This document shows, one piece after another, positions 42,401 to 56,570 of a stretch of 64,000 nucleotides of DNA. Source of the stretch: Syncephalis fuscata S228 (lineage: Eukaryota > Fungi > Zoopagomycota); the NCBI GenBank assembly GCA_025786725.1, contig JAHLTZ010000023.1, positions 62,001 through 126,000 on the forward strand, written 5' to 3'. The translations under genes and the position numbers were made by a program. The notes under the pieces are model-generated. The model ran no database searches. It had not been told where the DNA came from and was given only the letters and a program-made list of their open reading frames with translations. Within the stretch, counting starts at the first letter, position 1, and every line of letters begins with the position of its first letter.

Positions 42401-44250
42401 GTGTCGCACTAAATAGCCGTAAAGGTTCTAGCTGATGATTAATATATCGCGGATTCAATTAAGCACAAAAAGCAGATTCATCATCATCGATAATGGTTAG
42501 TTGGCGAGTTGAGTTGCAAATAATATTAATAACTGTATAATTTGAAACACCATTTCAATGCATTAATCTATTAGCATGATAATAAAGTTTGCATTAATAC
42601 AAAGCTATTTATAGCTAGTAAAGTGGCTTGATAGATTAATCCAAATTACTATGACATGTATCTAGTAGCTTCATTTGCCATCTGTATAGATCATTTGTTA
42701 AAACAGCACAACCATTGTGGTACTTTTTGTATAGTTATTGTCGTCGTCGTCGTCGTTTATGGTCGCCTGTTTAATAGCCATCAAACGAATATGCCATGCC
42801 ATTTTATCGACCATGCATACTAATGCTTAAACTGCCAAGACCGTTTTGCAGGCTTGTTGTGATATCCATGATGCTTGGTATGTACATCAGCCTACCCGCT
42901 TTTCGATAAACACTTCCATACTAGGCAGCGGGTGTTAGTCCATAAGCGGCTATACTTCCGATAACGCAGCGTGCTAATGAATAGCAGTGCTTGACACATG
43001 GATGGCACATACGCACATGACACGCTATAGTACATAGCAGACTGGCAGCTAGCCGCAAGGCCATGTGGTTCATTAGTAGAATATTTTATTGGCAGCATGG
43101 CATGTTAAATCATGTTTTTTACTGCCGGGCCAAGTGTTTGAATACCATACGCTTGTTTAAGCCTATCCGCAAATAATGGTAACAACCATGGCATTATTAT
43201 TAACAACAGTAATAATAACAGATCACGAGGACTTGAAATAGTATTTATTTGGCCTTTAAGGGACTGCCACGAGTATACTGTTTGGTGCTTGTATTGACGC
43301 AATTCTGCCATGACAGACACGCTTCAGCCGGTATTAGCGGCATGACCCGGCCAAAGAACCAATACCTCATGGCTGCTCTTTTCTCTCTATTAACGGTGGC
43401 AGTGTTAACATCCCCATTTACGTAAAATAAAAGAGAAAAAGGATTGAACTGGCCACTAACGAGTGTTGTTACGCCAATCAACTCAAAAGGAAGGACCCGC
43501 CGCTAACATTGGCAAAATAGGCGGTCATAATCCTCCATTTGGCGATGAGATGGCGGAGCTGGTACGCTCGGCGACTGGCGATGCCATTTCGTCGCAAGCT
43601 GTACACGCGTGTGCACGGCTTGCATCAATTCTACTTCATTCTATTCAAACATTATCGAACTCACCACCATCTTCAAAAGCGTATTGCTACAACGTGTTGC
43701 TGCGACCACACCGTTACCTTTACCTTGTTCCGCGTTCTATTGCCGCCACCATAACACACACACACACACACACACATCCATCCATTCTAGCGCACTTTAA
43801 AGCCATTGAATACGACTCGTCAAGTACTTCTCGACCTATCCACACGCACACACACGCCGTATCTTCCGCACTTTGCTCCTTTCATTACTTTTCCGTCATT
43901 GCTTTTATTATTATTACTACTATTGTTAATAGTAATCTAAAGTGCGCGCGATACTTATTGTATTTTTTAACTGCTTAAATCACTACTACTTTATTCGTAT
44001 TACACACTAAAGGAAAAAAGAAAGTGTTGAATATCCACGTCTCTCTTTTTCTAGCTATTCAGTTATCTCTACATAATCATAACAACAATACAATAGTCCA
44101 CGACGCTATCCTACACGTTGTCCTTGTTACTAACACCGGGACTATATACAAACAACGCCGTGGCACACCCCCCTGAGTCGGTCGATCATTTGGCTATATA
44201 TCTTTGTGTTGTAGACAATCGCGGCAATTATTTAGTAAACCATCGCCATC

Positions 44251-46508
44251 ATGTTATTGTCACGTTTAGCAAAGAATATCATTGAATCGATGTCGCAGAT
44301 TCCTGTCGATGAATTGGATTTCATGACGCGATCTGAACTATTACAGCTGTGCAAGGTAAGTCCGACTACTCGTACTATGATAATCTATAGTGCAAGTAAA
44401 TAAGTGTATACGTCCAATGTGCACATATCCCATACGTATACAGACCAGCTAACTAACTATCCATTAATTGTAACACAGGATCACAACATTGAAGACGTGG
44501 AAGACAAATCGGTAAGTAACTTGTCAATGACACACACACACACACACACCACATGTCATTTCTGTTGTTATCATGGGAATACATGCTTGTCACAATACTG
44601 TGCTGTTCTTATTGTATTGACACTGGCTAATACTGATTGGCTGCACAATTGCATGTGCCCGCCTTTGCATAGAATCGAGACCTCATCAAAATATTGACGG
44701 ATGCTGCAGAACGCACTGTAGAAACGAAGCCAGTACGAGCACGAAGCCTTAGTATGATCAGCATCGACGAGGAAACGTTTAAATTTCTCGAGTTCAAGGC
44801 CTTGCCGTCGCCACCACCCATCCCCGAGGACATCAACAATGATGATGACAGCAGCAGCAGTGGTGGCAGCAATGCTGATGACGACAACAGCCATCACGAT
44901 GAACATGGTGTCGACAACGACGACAACATCGACGACGACGATGATGATGATGATGCAAAATCTGAGTTGCCATCTGAATCAAATGAACTACCAAGACTCT
45001 ACTTTACTCTTCGAGAAATTAGTGTTCATGGCGATACAGAAAGTGAAGGTGCATCAAGTCGTGCATCAAGTGGCCCATCCAGTCCCATCACTCACAATCT
45101 ACCAGGTGCCTCTATTGATGTGGCATTAAATAGTATGACGGCCTATTCGCCTCAAAAGGCTGCATCAAGTGATTCAGTTGGCAGTAGTAACGAACAAATT
45201 GGTAAGTAATTACTATATCCATTATATTATAATATAGATCATTCATTGGCCACATTTTAATTAATGAATATAAATTAACGTATATTTATATTAGAAGAAG
45301 CAAGGAGAAGTCCGGGTATACTGTATAAATCTGATGATGCAGCACTTCCTAGCATACCTGTCGATACATTCCCCAAGAGTATCACAATGGATGATCGTGC
45401 TGATTCACAAGAAACGGTAACGGAAGCGGAGCCTGAAAAGGTATTGACTGAAGAAGAACAGAAAATATCCGATTGGTTACAAGAACATGGTCTATCCATT
45501 CAGCAAGCCAGATTATTTGCTCGAGAAGATATGCTTGACTGGGATGTATTGCAAGTGGCCACGCTTGATGGATTCCGTGCATTGGGCTTAACAGTTGGTC
45601 GTGGTCTTAAATTGCTAGCAGCTATACATGGTAAGTATAAATAATAATAATAACCATTGCTATTAACGCATTGTAATTAATGTTAATTAGATCGGTTTGT
45701 TGGTGCACCACGTGTTTTATCCGCTGAACACGTTCATGAGATTACTATGGCCGTTGAAGCTAGTGTAAAACAAGCGATACAGGCTATTGAACCGACACCC
45801 ACACACCGCTCATTGACACCTTCTTCGCAGACATCTACACCATCATCGACACCGGCATCAACGCCTGGACCATCGCGTACACCATCAATGCGACATTCGC
45901 GCTCGATGTCTAGTACACGTGTATCATCATCACAAGGTAAGTAGATAAATATAATGGATAGTAAATGGTAAAAAAAATGCTAATAATATTAATGTTATAG
46001 CGGAAATTAAAGTGCGCGAAACAAAAACATCTAGTGCTCGTGCACGCGCAAAGGCAAAGAGCACGTAAGTATACAATAATAATGATGATGATGAAATAGG
46101 TTTAAACGAATGTATTACTTATTTATTACTATTTAAATATCCAGCATTACTGATGCTCCAGCATCACCACCACCATTTATTACGTCATTCTCATTGGAGG
46201 AGCAGCTAAAGGCATCCCGTATGCCAACGGTAGTCAAGCCATTACCACCTGTCTCTTCTTCAAGACAATGGGCCAAACCAGGAGCCGTGCCAGTAGTTGA
46301 AAATCGTGCGGCTTTGTTACGTAAACTATCGAAACAAAAGCTTCGTGCAGGTAATGGTTCCGTTAGTGAGTCAACCACCAGTAGACCAGTTAAAAGCAAA
46401 TCTACCGGTAGTCTAAAGAGAGCCAGTAGTATGAATAGCAATAGCGGCCGTAAAGCCGATGAATCTAACGGTGTTATCGACGAACCTATTCTCGAGATCG
46501 CTGAATAG
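44251..46508 (+). CDS. Protein with N-terminal SAP/HeH-like motif, acidic low-complexity region and SAM domain; multi-exon
   Basis: Spliced LDFMTRSELLQLCK|DHNIEDVEDKS|NRDLIKIL; SAM-like ISDWLQEHGLS..ARLFAREDM...FRALGLTVGRGLKLLAAI. Confidence 0.7.
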
Positions 46509-47023
46509 ATAATCAAACTAACTAAGCCATATATATATATCTATCTATATACTTATAGTCTGTACAGTCAGTTCTATCTTTATTTTTGATATACATTATA
46601 GTTAATCCTATTGGATGCTATTACTCTCTCTCTCTCTTTCACTATTACTCCTCTATTTAGTTAAATCTCTTGTTATACACTATAGTCTCTCAACATTGAG
46701 TCATAGTGCTATTGCGCAGGCAGCAATTTTCATTCTTTGCCCCGCACCTTTAGCTTGCGAGATTTCTAATCCAGTATCGTCGCGTAATTCATATATTTGA
46801 ACACTTGTTTTTTATTCTACTTCTTCTTCTATTTCACTTCTTTATATTCTTCTCATTCATAATCATCATTCATAAGACATTTTTTCTTTAGCAAAATTCC
46901 TAATCGAACTATCATCCAAGCATGTTTTCTTTACTATTAAATTACGTATTTAAAACGATGTTTGCACGCGCAGTGGTTTTGTAAAAATGTAGTTCTATAC
47001 TAAACGCCGGACGGGCTGTGCTT

Positions 47024-48910
47024 TTACACAAAGCGACGGAACGAAGGCTTTTCATAAGTTTTACGTTTATACTTGCGACGTTGTCTATACAAAATATGAG
47101 TTATGTTGCTATAATACTAGCCAATGTACTTACCCAACGCGTACACGCGGCTCAATAACATTACGTTCAAGTAGACTTTGATAACGATCACGTAATAAAT
47201 TACCTTCAGTCTATAATTTATTACAAATTATTACATTTATCCTTCAATAAAAGTAATAGAGCTTACCTTTAGTCGACGTAGTGAATCGGTTAAATCCTCC
47301 ACTTTTTGTACTTGTACAAGCGGTTGTGGAACGCTAAATATAAATCAGTAAATTATTAGGAAATACATATAAATAGTTTCCATTTTATCAATTCAATTAC
47401 CTTCTTCTGCCAATTTTTTTCTTTGGCTGGACTGCCTCTAACTCTCGTTGCTTCTTACGTTCTTCAGTTCTTTCTGCACGTGCAGCTTCTTCCATTTCAA
47501 CTGTTCGTTTAATTTCATGCAATCTAATAGTAATATTAGTAAAGATATACTATAAACTAGTTTAAATATTACCGGCCAAGTTGTTTAGTAATGTGTTTCT
47601 TCTTTCTTGACTCTGCAGCTTGCATCTCCTATTAATGGTTTAAATAAGTCTGAGTAATATTGTACAAATAACCAATTACCATTTCACGTTGACGCTTTTC
47701 ACGATTACGCTGTACTTTTGTTTTACGCTTTGCTTCTTTCTGTTTATTAGTTTCTGTGCCATCATTGTCTTGTACTTCTTCTTCCTCCTCCTCCTATATT
47801 ATAATAATAAATATATTATACTATATTACTGTTTTATTTAATAATTACCTCATTGCTTTCCACTTCCTTTTCGTCATCCCATTCGCCGGATATGATAGTT
47901 TAGCATCTATTGCTTTTTCTGCTTTGCTGTGTCGTTGAATTGCCTCTTGTCGTTCAGTCATTAATGCCTATAATAATGCATTGTTAATTGCAATTATGCT
48001 ACTTTGCTATTTAATAATTACACTGTGTTCATTCTCTGTAGGACGATAAGATGCACCTGGATGACTAATCTTTACTGCTTCCATCTCAATACGATTTCTG
48101 CCTATAGTGGCTGGCATCTATAGCATAATAAATTAGTTACTGTGCTAATTGTCATTTTATATATTTAATCTACCTGAGTTGCAACAGGCGTCGAAATGGC
48201 TGTTGGATCAACTAATTCTGGCTTTTTCTCGACGGCTATCAATCATTGTTAGCTAAAAGCTATATAACTAATAGGAATATACCTTTAAGTGAGCCTGAAT
48301 CAGTCCATAAATCAAAACCGGCAATTCGTTCCTTTTCAGCTTGTGTACGCGCTCGCTTACGCACACCACGTGTACTACGTTTAACATCGCCAGACTTGAT
48401 ACGTTTAGCAAGATCGTTAATACGGGTTGTTTCTATTTCTGAGACGACCGATTCCTTTAGTACAACACGCTCAATGGGTGCAGGTACATGCGAACGTTTC
48501 TCAAGAATCTGATCAACACGCAGCTTCTTCTTTTCCTTCTTTAATTTGCGCTCTACTGTTTGTGGATGTGTTATACTACGTAAAATAAATTATATTATTG
48601 AAACCAACCTTTCTCATCACCCGCAACATCGACCGTAAACAAGTCTTCATTTTTACGCTCATGCAGCTTGCCACTGTTACATAAAAGTATATGGTGTAAG
48701 TATATATAGTGAAGCAATATTAAAGACATACCCTTCAATCTCTTCAGTTACTAGCTCAGCAAGACCTTCTTCAACATCTGCAATATCGATATTCTTGCGC
48801 CAGTTTTTTTTTCCTTTACGGCTGCCCTGCTTCTTCTTTTTGGTTTCCTCGGTAAGCAGCGTCAAATCCTTAAGCTGCTCCTCGGCAGAACTGTTTTTCT
48901 TTTCAACCAT
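47024..48910 (-). CDS. NOP53: Ribosome biogenesis protein Nop53; multi-exon
   Basis: SRKGKKNWRKNIDI, LFTVD, KKLRVDQIL, HPGASYRP, LLRDRYQSLLERNVIEPR. Confidence 0.93.
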
Positions 48911-49150
48911 AGTGGCAAATAGAAACTAACGTCGTATAAATGAAGGTCAATTCCAATGGCTTAAATACGATGAAAGTTGAAAAATAAGAAAAAAGTTTTT
49001 TTTTCAATTCAGCTTACACCACAGAATGATTTTATTGAGATCAGTTTATTAATGATATTTATCAAAGTTAATAAGGTTTATTAATATTATTGATGTCATT
49101 TATTTAAGGCTATAATATTCATTAGTTGTCACGTATAAACAACTGTAATC

Positions 49151-50606
49151 ATGTGGTTTGCTCGTAAATACAATCCAATAGAGGCTGGTAGTATTGATGG
49201 AACAGATATAGTGCCACACGATCGTGCACTTTTACGAGCAGCTGACTCTCGTTGTAAGTAGTCGTATATATATATATATATATATAGGAGTATAACTTTA
49301 CATTAAACTTAATGGCTAACTGGAATCATTGCTTGTATTCTTGTATATACATTAGATCGACCGCCTGGCAAAACAAGACAGACATTACAAAAAATCCTTT
49401 AAATACTCTTTTTGTGGTCGTCTAAGTATTGAGACGACAGAAGGTAAACAAATATAAATATTGTTTTATCATTTAGCTAAGAATATAATATAGAAACATT
49501 AAAGAATACATTTGCATCTTATGGAGAAATAATAAAAACCACCATTGTATCGGATTTTGGTAAGAGTAATTATTATAATCAATTTAATATACTGACAATT
49601 GGTTATAGTGACGGGTGATCCACGCGGATATGGATTTGTAGAATTTGTGTCTGAGAAAGATTGTCAAGAAGCTTATCGAGTAAGTATTATGTTAAACATT
49701 AAAATATCTTTTTAAATGATCGCTAGAATTCACGACGTTTAATTATTGATCAACGTCAAGTGATTGTGGACTATGAACGTGGTCGCATCATGAAAGGTTG
49801 GCGACCAAGACGAGTCGGTAATTATATTTATTGTCAATCTAGTTAATTGAATACTCAAAGTATTAAAGGTGGCGGATTTGGTGGTCGTAAAGACTCGGGA
49901 CAGCTAAGATTCGGCGCTCGAGATCGCCCATTTCAACAGCCAATGTAACTATCATACATATTATTAATTAGCATATAACACATGAATCATTTTATTGAAT
50001 AGTGTAGATATTGGTAAAGATCAAATAGCCCAAGACCGAGCGACGGAAATAGCACGTATAGCCCGATACCAACGATCTGAAGATTGCTGGCGTGCAGCTT
50101 ATATGGAAGAGCAATATGAATCTACACGTCGTGAACGCCAAAAGCACCGATATTCACCGCGCCAAGCTTCATCACAGCATTATGACAAAGTGCATCGTCA
50201 AGATACGACTCGTCATAACAACTATAATGATACTCATCATATCCATGACCGTGACCATGAGTATAGATCGTCCAAATTCCATGCTAATAGCAACTATTCA
50301 GAACGGCGACACCGTTCGCGCTCATCATCACGCACTAGAGGTCGTCATCATTATGAGCATCGTCATCAATATGAGAATAGTGACGAATACCGACATCGGT
50401 CGTCTCACAAAGAACACAGCAGTCATAGGCGTGCTACTTATAGTCGTGAGCGGCCTTCAACTCGACCACACCACAATGAGCACCGCGTACCAGAACGGTC
50501 TAGTCGACATGATGACCGACATCAAAGGCGACGTTCACGCAGTCCACCTTCCATGCATCATCAGTACAATGAGCAGTATGAACATCGTCACCATCGTCGT
50601 CGCTAG
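49151..50606 (+). CDS. SNRNP35: U11/U12 snRNP 35-kDa protein (minor spliceosome); multi-exon
   Basis: [21 protein letters not shown] with [24 protein letters not shown]|[25 protein letters not shown]-rich tail. Confidence 0.92.
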
Positions 50607-51641
50607 CAATAATAATAGTAATAATAGTGCTATAGCATTATAATAGAATAGAGAAAATAAAGTTTTATTGTTATTATTAGGCATTAGCAATAATAGTAAT
50701 ACCATACGCTACAATAGAATAAACCCATTTATTAACAACACAGCTTATGAATTCCAATGACTTTTTCAGCCTTGTCTCTTTTTCCACCAATCAGTAAAAA
50801 GTTCCCACGTCACGTGGTTTAAAATAGAAATAGTAACACTGTGATTAGCGAGCTGCAGGTCATTGGCTTAAAACTCCCCATCTTAGAAATGTACCTGTCT
50901 AGATGGCCTTTAACATTCCCCTTTCTCGACTGTAACCATTATAGCACTACTTTTTCCTTTTCTTTCTCTTAAGCTGTGCTTTCAGTTGCAACTGCTACTT
51001 GAAAGTTATCAGCTGCACAGTATCTGTTTTTCTCCATTATAATAGCCGATTTATTTACAACTAAAACAAAAGAACTGTTGTGTAATACCACATTATTCTT
51101 TATTTTAGGAACAAGTAAATAAGCAAGTGTAATATTGGCATCGTCAATATCCAAAAATACAGAATTGCTCAAGTCGTATCGAACAAGTGTAGCATTTGTT
51201 TTCTGTAGGGTGGTCGTTGCCACGCGGTTTATTATCTGTACAAGACGTGCACGATTATTGGTGGGGGTCATTTCTGGCATCCTTGATATCCATTGCACGC
51301 AGCTACACAGCACGCGGATTACACGGTTATCTCTAAAGCAACTACGCCCTTTATTCTGCGCGCATTTGCTTTGATATATGATATATATATTATTTATATA
51401 TAGTCTCTTGTACTAGCATCTCTTTTTCTTCTTCGCCTTTTGAGACGCCTATGCTGTCCACACACACACCACCACCAATAGTGTTTACAACCGTCTAGTG
51501 TGCCCTGTGTTATCTTTAGTGTTTTCTATCTTTTAGTGTGCGTATTTTCAGTGTTACGTGATTTTTTTATAACTGCATAAAGCTTGCGCCTATTTGTGTG
51601 ACCACCACTACTATTACTACTAAATTGCTATCATTATTACT

Positions 51642-52977
51642 ATGATATCCGATCATCACGTACGTGAGATTGTAGCTGGTACAGTCGGTGGATGGGCTCA
51701 GGTGTTTGTTGGGCACCCTTTTGATACTGTCAAAGTAGGTTATACTGTGACAATTATAATACTGTGTATTAATGCATACTGCTCAACCATAGGTCCGATT
51801 GCAAACACAGCCACAGCCGCCTATGTTCCATGGTCCAATGGACTGCGTTCGCAAAACAGTGGCCCGCGAAGGGGTAGGTACTGAGAAACAGAGTCTTGTA
51901 TCCATTTATTGATACTGAGCTTTGATGCTAGGTGCGTGGCTTGTTTAAAGGGGTCTATTCACCATTGGTAGGCATTGGTATTTGGTAAGTATTACGATGT
52001 ATGATGTCACTGGACTATTAATGAACCATTGTCAATAGCAATGCAGCTCTGTTTAGTGCCAATGAGAATTTCCGTCGTCTTTTACAAAATGGCAATTCAA
52101 ATGAGCCTATGACATTAGGAGAAATGACGCTGGCCGGTGCTTTATCTGGTGTAGTGCTAGCATTTATATTATGTCCAATAGAGCTGGTTAAAATTCGTAT
52201 ACAAGTACAATATGGCGATGGAAAGCCAGGTCGGCAAATGACGCGTCCGGTGAGCTAGCAAATAATGAATAGTTTAATTTTTGTTAACAGCTACTATTGG
52301 TGATAACTATTTATTTAGTATACAGGTGTTACCGAGTGTGCATTAAGAACATTTCAAACAGAAGGCCTACGTGGTCTTTATCGTGGTATGAATATGACAC
52401 TGCTGCGTGAAATACCTTCATCTGCAGCCTACTTTGGTGAGTAATAAATGATATATACAATGCAATTTACTAATGATAATTAACGATAATGTATAACGCT
52501 GTTTATTAATCATAACCGTTTGTAGGTGCTTATGAAGGCATTAAAGAGCTATTAGCACTACGGCATGCTAATAAATTAGAGCGGCCACGTCCATTGGACT
52601 ATCTTATTGCTGGCGGTATAGCTGGTCAAGTGGCCTGGCTTGTGTGCTACCCGCAAGATATTATTAAATCACGTCTACAAATTGATCCAGTTTCAAGTGG
52701 CCACGGCTCTGCACATTATGCACGTCTTCTTTGGCGAGAGGGTAATCGTAACTTCCGCGTTTTCTTTCGAGGATTTGGCACAGCAATGATTCGAGCATTC
52801 CCTGCTAATGCCGCTACATTCCTCGTTTATGAAAATGTTATGCAATGGATGGAGAAATCACGTCAGCCAGAAATAGCTACGGTTTATTATCATCCACCCA
52901 GCTCAAGCTCGAGCTCAAGCCCGAGTCCCGGCTCTCGACGTCTTGAATGTCCCGACATGGCACCATTATCCATTTAA
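51642..52977 (+). CDS. Mitochondrial carrier (carnitine/acylcarnitine or basic amino acid type), paralog 1
   Basis: GHPFDTVKVRLQ, CPIELVKIRIQ, YPQDIIKSRLQ, RAFPANAATF. Confidence 0.93.
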
Positions 52978-53296
52978 CACCCATTTTCTATATTCTCTCT
53001 TTATATCGATTGAATCGATTATATCACTGTACTCTTCAGCCGTCAAAAGCCTTGATTATTTTAACAATAAAATAAATATCCCCTTCCATTTATTTCTGCA
53101 GTCATATATTTGCACCTTTCAAACAAGCGAAAGGCGAGAATCCAAATATATCTTTTTTGGTTCGGTCAATCAATAAATCGATCTAATTTCTGCGGGCGGG
53201 GTCAAGCTTGACGCTTTTTCTTTTTTCTTTACTATTTACGCTTCAGGGCCGCAGTCAGCGTAGCAGTGTCATCTCTCATCTACTTACTATAAAGCC

Positions 53297-54575
53297 ATGG
53301 CACTACTCAACGACCATACACGCGAATTTGTTGCTGGTACAGTTGGCGGGTGGGCTCAAGTCGTCGTTGGTCATCCATTTGACACGCTAAAGGTAATACG
53401 AAAGCAAAAGACGGCTTTTCATTGAAGCAAGTAACTAACGCAAGCTTGCATAACACTATATTGGTTTGCCTTGTAACTATAGGTTCGTCTTCAAACGCAG
53501 ACACATCCGCCACGCTTTCAAAATGGTATGGACTGTCTTCGCATAACACTAAAGGAAGAAGGTGTAGGTAGACGATAGTAGTAAAGTACAGGTGAACGTG
53601 TATTAATTAATTAATTATATTGTAATTAGCCCATGGGTCTGTACAAAGGTGTTATGTCACCGTTGGCTGGCATTGGTATTTGTAATGCCGTTCTTTTTAC
53701 GGCCAATGGATACTTTAGATCAGTCATACGTGAACACCAGCCAGAATCGGAACGCTCACGACCATTTACAACCGGCGAACTTATGCTTGCTGGTGGTCTA
53801 TCCGGCCTGGCCATGGCCTTGGTCAATTGTCCAGTAGAATTGCTTAAAATCAAGCTACAAGTACAGTTTGGTTCAGCACCGGCCATTGGTTCAGATGGCA
53901 AGCCTATTCGACCAGTAAGTAGTTTGCAATTACAATCTACATGTATCATTACTAATATAAATTACAGTATTCTGGCGTTATTGATTGTGGTGTTCGATCA
54001 TTTAAAGAGTCAGGATTACGCGGCCTATATCGCGGTATTGTACCAACATTTGTACGTGACTTTCCTAGTTATGCAGCCTATTTTGGTAAGTATTCAATGA
54101 TATAAATAATCAATTTACTGATCAAAGCATTATATTTATACATCTATTTTTTATATTATTATAGGTGGCTACGAATTATTAAAACGTAAACTATCCGCTA
54201 ATGGATCAGGTGAAGTAGGCCCACTAGGCATGATATTTGCCGGCGGTATGGCCGGTGTCTTTTGTTGGGTTGTGTGTTGGCCTCAAGATGTTATTAAATC
54301 TCGTATGCAAAGCGATCCAAGGTAACAAGTTAGCATGGTCATAGATTGTTTACTGATCTATCTATCTATCTATGAATATTAGCTATCGATCAACGATCGA
54401 ATGTATTCGTAGTCTCATTCGTCAAAATGGTAGTAATATTGGCAGCTACTTTAAAGGATTCGGTCCAACTATGGCCCGTGCTTTCCCTGCTAATGCAGCA
54501 ACATTTATGGCCTATGAATACACCATGGGCTGGATGCGTGGAAACCAGGAGAAAATAGAAGATAACGATGACTGA
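53297..54575 (+). CDS. Mitochondrial carrier, tandem paralog 2
   Basis: GHPFDTLKVRLQ, CPVELLKIKLQ, WPQDVIKSRMQ, RAFPANAATF; shares several intron positions with paralog 1. Confidence 0.93.
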
Positions 54576-54755
54576 AAATGCTTTATTTGTTAATGTGCTA
54601 TACAATGTTCTAAACGGTCATAGACCATGACGATAATAGTGTGTGTGTATCATCTCTTCACGGCACTATTAGATAATAAATGACGCGATCTACTATACTA
54701 TACTTTGATATACATCAAATGTTAATTCAATTAAAGTTTATTACTGATATATCGA

Positions 54756-56059
54756 TTAAGAAGTAGCATGAATGGCCTTCTTGGCCGGAGCCGCCAATGA
54801 TGACGGTGCTGGGTGTGCATGTCCTCGACGAGCATCAAATACGCGCAGTGCTTCATCGAGTCGTGCACGTTCTACATCACTCATAGGCAATGAGTGTTCG
54901 GGAGCAGGAAATGCCCGTTGTCTTGTCTCATCATGGTACTGTTTTAGTGCTGCGGTAATTGGTTCAGCCAATCGTGCATATTGTTTACAAAAGCTAGAAT
55001 AATTATAATGTTAATTAATAAATACAAATCATTAATTTTATTTACTTACCGTGGACTAAACTTATCAAATAGACCAAGTACATCTGGGTAGACTAGCACT
55101 TGACCGCTGCACCCAACACCTGCACCAATACCAATAGTAGGAATTTGAAGTCGCTGTGTTACGGCAGCTGCTACTTCATCTGGCACACACTCAATAACAA
55201 TGCCCCAGCAGCCGGCTTCTTGCAAGGCAAGTGCATCTTCAATAATGCTAATAGCCTAGCAGTGTTTCACAAATAGATCGTTCATTAGTAAGCAAAGGGT
55301 AAAAAACAGTCGGTGCTGGTCTTCATTGCGCCATTACTTACTTGATTGGCTTTTTTACCTTGGACTCGGAAGCCACCGTAGGTATTCAGGTGCTGCGGTC
55401 GCAGTCCAATGTGGCCTAGCACAGGTATACCAGCCTGCACCATACGTTTAACACTATCAGCCATTTCACGGCCCGCTTCGAGTTTCACTGCCTCGACATT
55501 GCCTTCCTGCATCATACGGAAGCCATTGCGCACTGCTTGTTCGGCACTTTCTTGAAAACTACCGAAAGGCATGTCCCCAATTAGCATTGCATGACGACAC
55601 CCCCGTCGAGTGGCACGGCAATGGTGCAACATTTCCTGTAGAGTAACGGAGACGGTACTGTCATAGCCGAGTGCCACCATGCCAAGTGAGTCACCCACCA
55701 GGCAGACATCGACGCCAGACCGATCTACCAAAAGACCCGTTGGATAGTCGTAGGCCGTTAGCATTGTTATGGGTTTTTGGGTGTCATAGAGACGACGAAC
55801 GGTTTGTAAAGTTACTTTTTTTCTTGGCTGATCTATTGGCATCAAAATTTATACAATTAATAAACATTTATTAACACATTATACAGATGTGTACATAATA
55901 GCATTTACCTTCGGTTGGAGTGGTTGGACGTGCACTGTAGTAGCGCAAAGGACAGACAGCCGCCAGCGGTAAATGACCTCGTACTCGAGCAATACCAGTA
56001 GCAGCACTAGCACTACGGGCAACACCACTAAACATGTTGCAGGTTGTTCGTAGCCACAT
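54756..56059 (-). CDS. ECM31: Ketopantoate hydroxymethyltransferase (PanB) with mitochondrial-type presequence
   Basis: [46 protein letters not shown]; Arg/Ala/Ser-rich N-terminus (start 56059 or 56035). Confidence 0.95.
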
Positions 56060-56335
56060 GAATAAAATATTTGTCTGATGAATGTATTCAAATGCAATTA
56101 GCAAAGTGTAAAGTTAAGGTAAAATACGCAAAAACATAAAAAAGCTCTTTGCCAATAAATGAAACACAGGTGGTGAAATTCTCACGATAACGAAGCTATA
56201 GCGACATTTATTTAAAACAATGAGGAGCCAATGCTTTACCAATACTGTATTCTATAATAATTGAGCTTGATATTAAACTATAGCCATTTTTATCATTACA
56301 TTGACCATTTCGCTAATGAACGTGTTCTATGATAG

Positions 56336-56550
56336 TGTGGTATCAATCTTGGAAACGATGGTATTTAGGAGCGGAGCTCAAATAATTAATATAAATACTA
56401 TCCAAGTTCATATAATTAATAAAGAACAGACTTTCTTACGACTAATCTTCTTGCTACAAATATAAGTGGAGATATCACAATAATATTCAGTGTTTATTGA
56501 TAGTTGTCACCTCGCTCTACCGTCCCCCCAAATCCTCCACCAATACGACA
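56336..56550 (+). repeat. 5' LTR
   Basis: TGTGGTATC...TACGACA; no differences found from 61542-61756. Confidence 0.97.
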
Positions 56551-56552
56551 AT

Positions 56553-56570
56553 TGGTGGAGGACCTGGGCA
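56553..56570 (+). other. Primer-binding site, tRNA-Ala-type
   Basis: TGGTGGAGGACCTGGGCA; its complement reads as a tRNA 3' end with CCA, A73, U70 and C61. Confidence 0.7.

Noticed and set aside
20060-44548. (CA)n, (CACT)n, (GGAT)n, (TA)n and similar short repeats, and the THTHTH-type ORFs they generate
   Set aside because: Ordinary microsatellites in UTRs, introns and promoters.
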